Below, in pieces: positions 1-9,186 of a DNA stretch of 64,000 nucleotides (positions within the stretch are counted from its first letter, which is position 1; each line of letters starts with the position of its first letter). This stretch comes from Craspedostauros australis (lineage: Eukaryota), in NCBI GenBank assembly GCA_030167865.1, contig JALAGF010000577.1, positions 1 to 64,000 of the forward strand. Reading direction: 5' to 3'. Under the pieces are notes generated by a model, which did no database searches, was not told the DNA's origin, and worked only from the letters and a program-made list of their open reading frames with translations. The position numbers and the translations under genes are program-made.

Positions 1-560
1 CCCAAGACCAAATGAAGTACAACACGGTGTATTGCGAGGACCCAAATCGAATGAGGATGATGATCACGACGAATTACACGGGAGATGCTGCTGACCCTGC
101 AACTTGCATTCTGACAGAACAACATCTCGTCATCATCTCATAATCCGAGAGTTCAATCAACTCAACAACGCAAACCAACTAAATCGACAACTAACGATTA
201 CCAATTTACCTCCAAACCAGAGCCCACGATCTCACCACTGCATACGCCGGTCTCACAGTGCTGACATCTGGAACCAATATCACAGTGCGCCGCTTGCCAA
301 CCGCTGCGAAGAAAAAGCTTTATCATGGACGGTAGCATCATCACCCAAGACCTGGACACCTTCGTCTCAACCAATGCGACGACGGGGGTTCGAAACTGGG
401 AGACGCCGCTCACAGACCTGACCTCTTGCTGTGATTGGGGCATGGACTACTGGTGATGCCAACCATTCGATCGACGACTTGGTACCATTCTTGCCAACTG
501 GCAACTGGTCCGCTTCATGTTGGCCAAAACATGCCTGTCCTGGGAGTATTATATAATATA
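1..560 (+). mobile_element. Possible decayed non-LTR retrotransposon fragment (RNase H and downstream region), with frameshifts and stops
   Basis: Peptide fragments in different frames (NTVYCED...PATCILTEQHLV; HSADIWNQY; RLPTAAKKSFIMDGSIIT; WTTGDANHSID) resemble, in order, RNase H-bearing diatom LINE-like ORFs as I recall them. There is no intact ORF and the match is by eye only. Confidence 0.3.
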
Positions 561-1707
561 ATGCCTCCGAAGAGACAGCCGACGTCGTTCCAAGCAGAGA
601 GGGCAATCGCGTTCATAAACTCACCTCTTGCACATCCGCTCGACCATTCATCCATGCGTCCATCCGCACCTTCATCCCCCGCACCATCGCGACCACAGGA
701 AAACAAAAACCCAAACAAACAGCTGCATCGGCATCCCGAGAGTACATTTCATCAACCCAACCTAAGTTATCAACAAACTCATGCACGTTCACAGCTCTCG
801 CGCTTTTCATTTCCATTCTGTCTTCGTGTGACATTGAGGGATCGCCCGCCTCAGTCCGTACCTGTGATAGTACGTGCAGAGTAGCATTTGTCCTGGTGCA
901 GATCGTGCAGATAGGAGCCCCCCAGGAGACAGGCGAAAGACTGAAAACGAACTTAGCAGACTACAGGTTTGTAGAATAGGGAGGTTGTTCGCGTTGGCCT
1001 CTGTATGTGTATGTGTAGGTCGTAGAGGTGATGGTTTCAGTTCGAAGGGAAGATGGCGCAACGCATACTCCGATGCCTCGATTCACGCTTGCATTTCGTT
1101 GGCATCATGCATGTATGGCGGGCTGGGAACAGGTCGCATGCAGTTGGCATTTTCACTCCATTTCGGCAGAGAGTCCAAATGCCCTGCGCACGATCTGCAA
1201 ATCGAACAATGAGCATACCCAGCGCCCCCCCGCTTGCTGAACAATACAAACACCAACTGAACAGTAGATGGCTGAAGCCATAACTCTCGCTTGATCGACA
1301 TCGTGGATTCCACCCGAACAGGATCAAGGTCCAGATATCACATTGAGGCTCCTTCTTGAAAGTTCAACTAACCATCTGCAATGGCCCGGAACAAAGGGAA
1401 GATCGAATGCCTCACAGGATTCGTCTTGCTTTCTCGGTTGGTGCTGCTCGTTCAAGAAGTACTCTGTCATGAAGTTGCAATACAAGTGGTATCGACATCA
1501 AATATTTATAATGTACTCGCGCAGAGCAATAGCATGCTGCATCCTGGCATCTGTCGCATTTGTAGCTGGAGAGCATTCTGTCCAGGCTGATCCGCCCACA
1601 GAACCGCAACGCCGATCGCATCTCTTCAACAGACGCGGTCGGCATGCACTGCATCGCATGACTTTGCTCTCCTCCACAAAAACACCGACGACTCCAACAG
1701 CAGGAGA

Positions 1708-2169
1708 TCAATCGGATTCCTCGCTGGGCAGATCCGAGAATTCTTCCAACGACAATCCGCATTTCTCGAGAAAGGCCTCATGCCGAAAGTTGGAAATCTC
1801 GTCTTCGCTGTAGAACAGATCGTCGATCGATTCCACGTCCATCTCGGGAATGACGAAGACCTCGATCTCATCGCTGAACCGTCGCTGCTTCTTCTGATGA
1901 ACCTGCGGCGCGCTGGGATTGTCTTCCGATGTCGTGGAGGCTGTGGAGACCGTCGAGGATGACGACGAGCTTGGCATGGTGGGTTTGGAGAGGATGGAGA
2001 CGGGCATGCGTTCGGGCTTGTAATTGTGATAGTACGTCTGGTCGATGAGGGTATCCTCGAGATGGCACATGACGTCGACGTGCTGGTCGAACGTCACATG
2101 ATCGATGCGTATTCTCGTGCGGCGTTCGCCCCAAAAGTTCATCGTGTGGTCCTCGTCGAATTCGCACAT
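1708..2169 (-). CDS. 153-aa protein, paralog A of the dual-motif family (N-terminal T-R-x(4-5)-V-T-F motif; C-terminal RF..IP..DDLFY..E...FR.EAF...GL motif)
   Basis: ATG at 2169 (MCEFDED) lies in frame with ORF 1708..2832. It shares both motifs with ORFs 3585..4844 and 7640..8776. The upstream part of the ORF runs through a microsatellite and is probably UTR. Confidence 0.75.
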   Translation of the reverse strand: MCEFDEDHTMNFWGERRTRIRIDHVTFDQHVDVMCHLEDTLIDQTYYHNYKPERMPVSILSKPTMPSSSSSSTVSTASTTSEDNPSAPQVHQKKQRRFSDEIEVFVIPEMDVESIDDLFYSEDEISNFRHEAFLEKCGLSLEEFSDLPSEESD

Positions 2170-2545
2170 GGTGCGGGCTGTTGATGACGGCTTGCGACGG
2201 CTGTTGATAGTTCGTCTGGATGGGTGTTGGCAACCACCGCTCGCGTCGATTGAGAAGATCGCTGATGGAGAGGAATCGGAGATTATGGCGAGAAGGATAC
2301 GATGGAGATCCGGAACTGCGGTGCGCCAAAGCAACGTGCGTGGATAGGAGGACGGATCGGAGAGTGCGGACTGTGGGTGGTGCTCGTATTGTGTCTGAAT
2401 GTGGCGGCACTTGGTGGGAGCTGAAATGGCGGCCGAGAGCTTGATGTCGTTCTTTCGTGTTGTGTGCGAGCGACGAATAGATTCGTTGTGTGAGGTACAA
2501 TGCTGTCTCCGTTGTTGATGTTGAACTTGGGCGCAAAATCTGGGG

Positions 2546-2562
2546 GAGAGAGAGAGAGAGAG
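2546..2562. repeat. (GA)n microsatellite
   Basis: gagagagagagagagag. Confidence 0.9.
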
Positions 2563-3403
2563 GAAGAAGAGGAAGAGGTGTGGACGAGTCAGAACGATCT
2601 TTTCGTGAGGTTCTGGCAGGTTGTAGTCGTGGAGGATGACGAGAGAAGAAAAGAAGTGTCGATCGGAGGCGAGCAGAAGACGCTGAGGGTTGTGGCAACT
2701 GCGATACCTGTCCGCACGACCATGGTAGTTTGTTGGTCGTGGTCGTACGTTTGTGAACGCGCAAACCACGATGACCATCGAGACTGCGCAGACCACCCAA
2801 CGGATGGCGGTTGAAGTCACAAATGGACACAAAGAAAAGTCGAAGGGGAGGAGAGTTGTCCCAAAAACAAGAGCGGAATCAACATGACGAAATGTCTGGA
2901 CAAATGTCCAACCAAGATTGCCCTCATTTCGCAGGACCCACTATTTAGTGACTGAAACAGCGCTTTTCAGATAATTGAAGCGGTAAATAGTATTCTCCCC
3001 CATGTATCCCGAGACGAGAGGGAGTAACCGCGATGTGTCCCCTTCGTGACAGAAAGGTCAGCGGATCCCGGTTGTTGACGGTTCGGCCGCTTGGGCCAAG
3101 ACATCGGTGGCCTGGTGACATTCTTATCACTCCAACCATCGCGATACTCGCACCCTGTGACAACAAGAGAAGGAAGACGGTGGGAACCAACAACAGTCAC
3201 AACAACCGTCACAACCACAAACAAGAACGACAGAACCAATCGTTCGCACTCCCGCGACAATCGGATCATTGAGAACGAAGAGACACAAGCCAACACACGG
3301 CATAGGTCACACGAGCAGAGTTGAGCAGCAAAGCAAAGCAATTGGTCGCATCCACACAAAAGTGAGGCAAAGGAGGATCCAACACCGCAGACTCCAAAGC
3401 ACG

Positions 3404-3434
3404 CTCTCTCTCTCTCTCTCTCCCTCTCTCTCTC
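3404..3434. repeat. (CT)n microsatellite
   Basis: Interrupted ctctct run upstream of paralog B. Confidence 0.9.
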
Positions 3435-3484
3435 ACTTTCTTCAGATCTTCTCATACGGTCAGCTTCGCAAGAAGGGTAGTCAT

Positions 3485-3563
3485 CAACTCGACTCGACTC
3501 AAGTCAATTCCGGTCAAGCCAAGCCAACTCCAGCTCAGCTCAGCCAAGCGAAGCGAAGCGAAG
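3485..3563. repeat. Drifting pentanucleotide array
   Basis: ctcga ctcga ctcaa ... gccaa gccaa ... ctcag ctcag ... gcgaa gcgaa gcgaa. Confidence 0.75.
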
Positions 3564-3584
3564 TAAGGAGAACCAGTGACTGCC

Positions 3585-4844
3585 ATGCTTTCAAACGAAC
3601 GACGGTGCAAACCGCACTACACATGGTCCTGCAGGGATGATCCGTCAGGACTGGAGGCGTCGCCATTCTCGTTCGAGAGGGTGACGCGCAGAACGGTGGA
3701 CACTGTCACATTCGAGTCCGGTGCGGAGGTCAGTCACTTTCCGCAGATTGAGGAATGCTGGTATGATGAGGGTGCTCCCTCATTGTCCCAATACAGATGG
3801 CCGCAGCCTGCGACATCATCATCATCGACATCATCATCGACATCATCAGTGAAGCAGAGGCAGCATCAGACCGGAGAGCGCATCAAGGTGAAGAAGAAGA
3901 CTGGGACGAACAAGTCGGCTCTCAAGCCGTTGCCGCCACCCAAAAAGGATGGACTCGTCACAAAGCTCAGCCAAAGTTCCAAGACGAATAAGGCATCAGG
4001 CACCACGAGGAAGTCGACGAAAGGAGGATCGAAGCAGAGCGGCGGCAACCTCGACAGTTTCTTCATCAAGCACAAAATTGAGCAGCTGGTGCAGGACAGC
4101 AACGACATGGACAACCATTCCATATCCAGCCGCTCCATGTCATCGAGATCGATTGCCGATCGATCCTTCGCAGAACGCAGCAAGGCGGAGGAGAGTCTCA
4201 AGGAGCGCAGCCAACATTCAAAGACCTCGCAGAAAAACCAGGATGTCGGAACGGCGGCCTCCATCGCGATGCATTCCATCGACGAGGATGCCAATGATTT
4301 GGCGACATCCAGCATGGCCGCTAAGGCGCGATCGCGGGCCAGCCCACGACGGTCGACGCGTTCGCGCAGCCGCAATCTCAACAACAAAAAGACGGGCCTG
4401 GGCAAATTCCTCAAAGAATCCGCACCGCTCGATGATGGCGGTGTCGATATCATGGATCTCAAGTCCGTCACGAGCGCATCCACGTTGGGCAGCAAATCAT
4501 TCTCGCAGCTATCGCAGGCCGAGCTGTCGCGGTCGGAACGACGCCTCAAGGATAAGGAGCTCAGCAAGCTCATCAAGAAACCCAAGAAGGGCGTGCTCAA
4601 GAAATCCTCCATGTCGGATGATGACAATGATCGCGGCAACGGCGGCGACGACAACTCGCTGACCTTGAACGATGTCAAGGAGCTCAGATTCCGGCCCGAG
4701 GAGAACCTGCACGAATGGTTCGAGATTCCAGAGCTCACCAATTCCATGTACGACGATCTGTTCTACACGGAGGAAGAATTGGCGGACTTTCGCTACGAAG
4801 CCTTCATGGAGGAGGCGGGGTTGGATATCAATGAGTATCAGTAA
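3585..4844 (+). CDS. 419-aa largely disordered K/S-rich protein, paralog B of the dual-motif family
   Basis: First ATG at 3585. N-terminal motif PFSFERVTRRTVDTVTFESGAEVSHFPQIEECWY; C-terminus LRFRPEENLHEWFEIPELTNSMYDDLFYTEEELADFRYEAFMEEAGLDINEYQ. Confidence 0.85.
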   Translation: MLSNERRCKPHYTWSCRDDPSGLEASPFSFERVTRRTVDTVTFESGAEVSHFPQIEECWYDEGAPSLSQYRWPQPATSSSSTSSSTSSVKQRQHQTGERIKVKKKTGTNKSALKPLPPPKKDGLVTKLSQSSKTNKASGTTRKSTKGGSKQSGGNLDSFFIKHKIEQLVQDSNDMDNHSISSRSMSSRSIADRSFAERSKAEESLKERSQHSKTSQKNQDVGTAASIAMHSIDEDANDLATSSMAAKARSRASPRRSTRSRSRNLNNKKTGLGKFLKESAPLDDGGVDIMDLKSVTSASTLGSKSFSQLSQAELSRSERRLKDKELSKLIKKPKKGVLKKSSMSDDDNDRGNGGDDNSLTLNDVKELRFRPEENLHEWFEIPELTNSMYDDLFYTEEELADFRYEAFMEEAGLDINEYQ

Positions 4845-4900
4845 TTGAATTGACCTGAGTTGAATTGAATTGGACTGAACTTGACAGGACTGGACTGGAA
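4843..4900. repeat. Drifting pentanucleotide array (ttgaa/ctgga) starting at the stop codon of paralog B
   Basis: aattgaattgacctgagttgaattgaattggactgaac...ctggactgga. Confidence 0.8.
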
Positions 4901-5101
4901 CACTTGGATATTACTCTCTGCCACATGGCAGAATGCATGAATGGTGAGCGCTGTGGGACACAGAAGAATGGCGTGGCATAGGATGGTACGGTCGTCTAAT
5001 TGGAGCCCTTTCGATAGAATAGATCAGCGATTGTTTGGTTGTCAATGTAAGGTACGGGCATGAATGGTTGGTTGGCTGTATGGCGGAGTGTTATCTTACT
5101 C

Positions 5102-5125
5102 GAGAGAGAGAGAGAGAGAGAGAGA
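5102..5125. repeat. (GA)n microsatellite
   Basis: Perfect GA run between convergent genes. Confidence 0.92.
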
Positions 5126-5428
5126 CAGAGTATTGTATTATTCGTGCAACACTGGAGTCAGCATCGCAGAATACAATCGTCGGCACTGCTGCGGGAGATG
5201 TACTATATGATAGCAGTGCGTAGCACCGCTGTCTGACATTGAGATGGACGCTTGGTACGTGCTTTTTCGTCCTGCTCTACATGCCCCCTCACCGGTATCT
5301 GTAGTTGGCAATGTGACTTTGATTTCCACTCGGAGCTGCCACGGGTCCTCTCCAAGTACAAATGGCTCCGCCCACATGCATAAATTCATGCAGTCTTTCA
5401 TACATACTTGTACACACGCAGCCTCTCA

Positions 5429-6703
5429 CTACGCCAATTCATGAATGGCAGCCACGATGCCGAAGGAAGGGCCAAAACAGAAGGCCTGAAAAGTGAGGCC
5501 ACGCGCCAAAGTCGCCAATGGCGGGGCATGCAGCTTGCGTCCGCTCCACAGACTCCACCTCTCACGGCTGTACATCATGTACGTTTTTAGCATGTCCATG
5601 GGCGTGACGGCCAACGAACACAGCATGCCAGCCGCGATTCCGGCTCCGAACGTAGCAAACGCGTTGGAAGGCTTTTGTTGTTGCTGATCATGCCGTTGTG
5701 GATGCTGCTGTTGTGGCGAAGAGCTTCCAGCAAGGCTGTTCAAGTGGTAGGTCTGCGGCGCCGCCGCATCAAATGCCGAGGAGTCTCCCGGTGGATTACC
5801 AAGACGTAGCTGCTGTCGAATTGGATACTGCAATAGCTGTTGCCGCAAAAAATGAAAGAGCGGAAAGAACGTGACGTTGAATACCATTTCGCGCGCCGCG
5901 ATGACGCCCACACCGCGAAAGGCGCGCGCTCGTCGTTCCGTCGGATCGACGGTGCCGCCCTGCAGCAGATGGGATCTCATCCACACTCTCCACGTGCTGT
6001 ACGCTCCCTGTTCCCAGTGCATGTGCTGATGGGCGTAGTACAGTTCCGCCGGCGCCAGCAGCACGGCCTGGCAGCATCCTGCCGCCGCACCGGCCAGAAT
6101 ATCGTTGCGGCATGCATCATCGACGGCGTTGCCCATCATGGCGCCCATCCATTCGTTCGTCGTCAATCGTGTGAGCGGCGTCACGATGCGCAGGTTGCGG
6201 CGGCGTTGGACGGGGTCCCAATCGCGCAGCTCCTTCCATTCCCATTGCATGCGGGAGACTTCCGCGGGGTACGTGATGATGGCGGCGACGATGCATGCCA
6301 ACGTGGTGTTGCATAGCGTTTGGAATTGCAGCGCATGTCGGGTTCGCAGATCGAACAGAGCGGGCGGACGCGGTGATGGAGATGTGTCAATGTTGTTGCC
6401 GTTCTTGCCGTTGTTATTTGAGTCGGATCCAGCTGCTCCACTCCTTGCGCTGATGGCATTGCCCGGCAGTCCAGTTGGGATACGCAGTTGCTCGTGTTGA
6501 GCGTCATTGATGGCATTCGAAGCTGCGGCATTGCCGTCATGTTGATGCCCTGCCACCGACGCAGCTCCGTCATACTTGCCAGACGCATGGATTGCGTCGC
6601 CATCATTCACGGTCAGCACAGTGACATGCTGATGAGCGGGCGTGGCGTGAGGTGGATCGTTATTGCCATGGCGACTGCTGCTCCCATCATTGCTGTTCGG
6701 CAT
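5429..6703 (-). CDS. Divergent mitochondrial carrier (SLC25 family) protein
   Basis: Three Px[DE]-type signatures (YPAEVSR, APAELYY, TPMDMLK), each preceded by a small-residue-rich helix (LAGAAAGCCQA, FGAGIAAGMLCS), plus RAFRGVGVIAAREMVF and LARGL motifs. Confidence 0.8.
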   Translation of the reverse strand: MPNSNDGSSSRHGNNDPPHATPAHQHVTVLTVNDGDAIHASGKYDGAASVAGHQHDGNAAASNAINDAQHEQLRIPTGLPGNAISARSGAAGSDSNNNGKNGNNIDTSPSPRPPALFDLRTRHALQFQTLCNTTLACIVAAIITYPAEVSRMQWEWKELRDWDPVQRRRNLRIVTPLTRLTTNEWMGAMMGNAVDDACRNDILAGAAAGCCQAVLLAPAELYYAHQHMHWEQGAYSTWRVWMRSHLLQGGTVDPTERRARAFRGVGVIAAREMVFNVTFFPLFHFLRQQLLQYPIRQQLRLGNPPGDSSAFDAAAPQTYHLNSLAGSSSPQQQHPQRHDQQQQKPSNAFATFGAGIAAGMLCSLAVTPMDMLKTYMMYSRERWSLWSGRKLHAPPLATLARGLTFQAFCFGPSFGIVAAIHELA

Positions 6704-7639
6704 GATCCATGCGTGGTCCCCAACTTCGTGAGCGTAGCAAAGAAAGCAAGCAAACTTGGCCGTTGGTGAAGTATCAGTGTGAAGTGACCTGACCTCTTGT
6801 TCGCCTCGACAGCTTCAAAGATCGGGCATGCACGATGGCTCAACAGGGACAAGAAAGAAGAAGAAGAGTCAGCGAATGCGATGCAGCGCAATAACCAAGC
6901 CCCTCTCTGGGCAAATGGTTGGCTGAACGGATGAGGCGTTTGAAGATGATGACCAGTCTGGGGACATTTTGGTATCTTTGGAGTTGGCTGATGACGTTGT
7001 TGTTGCGCTTTGCAGTTACGGCAAATTGACAAATACTCACAATTTGCAATTCCACTGGTCACCAGAGAAAAAATGTCGTTGCGAAGTCACGAACGGTTAT
7101 CACGAAACACTTAACCGAGCCAATCCCTCGTTTGCAAAGTCACTCGTTGAAGCGGAAATGCCTCGGTCACGAGTCGCTCTCACCATCGCGGCACGGACAC
7201 CGATTCTTGGAATTCCGTGAAACGCTTTGTGAGGCGAAAAGCCCATGTGAAGGAACTCAGGCACAAGTCCTCAAAAAGCCCATCAGGGATGGACGGATCG
7301 AGCGTGGCGACGATCCCTTTGCATCGCGGGGCACAAGCGCAAGCGAGAAGTACAACAACACGATACAAGCCAAGTAAATCGCGACAGAGAAACACATCGG
7401 CGTCCCACGGTTTGCTCACTTCCCATGGCTTACAATTACTCGGAACCACAAACATCAATACCTACGATACGAACTGCAGATACGCACACACCCACTGGTA
7501 CTGCTACGCTCGCACACCGACAATCACGCTCGAGTCGGCATCGGCATCAGCCTCCCCCACCAGCATCCGCAGCCGCAATCGCGGAACCGATCGCAAGCAG
7601 AGCAGCATCGTCTCGAACGAAGGGAAACACAACGACAAC

Positions 7640-8776
7640 ATGCTTCCATTTTCCATGATCGTAACCAAACGCACCGTGTGCCCCATCACCTTCGAGGAGC
7701 ACCTTGGTGTGGAATTCAACCAGCACATCGAAGATTGTCGCATGGACGCAGCTCGTGATCTTCGCTTGTCACGTCCCAGACGACGAGTTCGCAAGCGACA
7801 AGAACCCGCTGCGGTTGCGCGCGCTGGTGGTGTCGAAGCTGCTTCTGCCTTCACTGCTGTCGCTTCCATACCAGTCGCCATGCCCGTCACCGCCAACGAT
7901 AGCATGAACAACGAAGAAACTGTTGCTGCTGGAGTTACGTTGCGAGATGATTCGTCGTCTACTTCTTCATCATCTTCATCGTCCTCTTCATCTTCATCTT
8001 CTTCGACCAGCAGCGATGAGGAGGGCTTGATCGTTGACGAGAGCCACATGAAGAGCACTCGCCGTCCAGCAACGCACAACGTCGCCAAAACAAAGAACGT
8101 GTCCACCAGATCGGCGTGGTCCGATTCCATCGATACGCACACCACCTTCAGCATCAGCCACGCGAGTTCGAGCAGCGATGATGATAGCAGTAGCAGCGAC
8201 GACAGTGACGACGCTCAACGCTTCGCACGGCTGGTCCAGTCGACCAAGCCATCGGCTGGCAGTTCCGCGAGTCCACCAATCAAGCGGGTTGAGATCAAGC
8301 CCATCGAAGGTCTGCTGGTCTCGACACCGAACCATGCCAAGGATAATGACGATGATTCCAGCACTGACTCTAGCGATGATTCCAGCGACGATTCCAGCGA
8401 TGACTCAAGTGGATACTTGCGTTATCAACAATGGAAGGCAAAGTTAAACCAATCTGCGGCAAAGACTGCCAAGTCTCCCACGAAGCAACAGCCCCCAGCG
8501 ACAGCAAAGACCACAAACAAACTCACTTCGCCCACCAAGACCATATCCATCTTCAACAAGATCATCAAGTCACCAGAGAGCACCAAGCGTTCCTCCCTCA
8601 CCATGGAGGAGCTACAAAGGGCCGTGCGTTTCTCCGACGACGTCGAACTCAACGAGATCAGCCGCATGCGGAACTCCGTCATCGACGATGTCTTTTACGG
8701 CAGCGAGGAAATTGCGACGTTCCGATACGAGGCATTCATGGAGGAGGCTGGTCTCAACATTGATGACTTTGAATAG
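7640..8776 (+). CDS. 378-aa S/D-rich disordered protein, paralog C of the dual-motif family, with canonical RVxF (RAVRF)
   Basis: ATG at 7640 (MLPFSMIVTKRTVCPITFEEH...HIEDC); C-terminus RAVRFSDDVELNEISRMRNSVIDDVFYGSEEIATFRYEAFMEEAGLNIDDFE. Confidence 0.85.
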   Translation: MLPFSMIVTKRTVCPITFEEHLGVEFNQHIEDCRMDAARDLRLSRPRRRVRKRQEPAAVARAGGVEAASAFTAVASIPVAMPVTANDSMNNEETVAAGVTLRDDSSSTSSSSSSSSSSSSSSTSSDEEGLIVDESHMKSTRRPATHNVAKTKNVSTRSAWSDSIDTHTTFSISHASSSSDDDSSSSDDSDDAQRFARLVQSTKPSAGSSASPPIKRVEIKPIEGLLVSTPNHAKDNDDDSSTDSSDDSSDDSSDDSSGYLRYQQWKAKLNQSAAKTAKSPTKQQPPATAKTTNKLTSPTKTISIFNKIIKSPESTKRSSLTMEELQRAVRFSDDVELNEISRMRNSVIDDVFYGSEEIATFRYEAFMEEAGLNIDDFE

Positions 8777-9186
8777 ATCATTCTCATCGGGGGAAGGGGG
8801 TGTGGGAACGAACGCTGCGGTTGCGCGATTGTGTGGATGCAGAAGCATGCAGCCGAACGAATACACTAATGATGTGTTTTTCGCAAACGCAGGACGGGAG
8901 ACACTGCCGTTTAGACACTCACTACTATTAGCACATACAAGTATGATCAACATCTATGAAGTCACAATGCACGGTGGAATACTGCCCGAGTGCACAAACA
9001 TCTTGCCTCTGGGAAGAACGATGCGAAACCCATAATAGACGACTGGTTCACGTTCTGCCTACTTCATTGTGTTCGCTGCTTGCTTCCATGCCCACTCGTG
9101 TGGTCCATGGTTCTGCCAACAGGACGAGTTCGAACAGGCAAGTAATCGTACCGGTTGTAACGAAGCTGACATTTTATTGCATTGCA

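Noticed and set aside
8345-8410. Short direct repeats resembling an array
   Set aside because: They are coding SSDD repeats with no spacers, not CRISPR.
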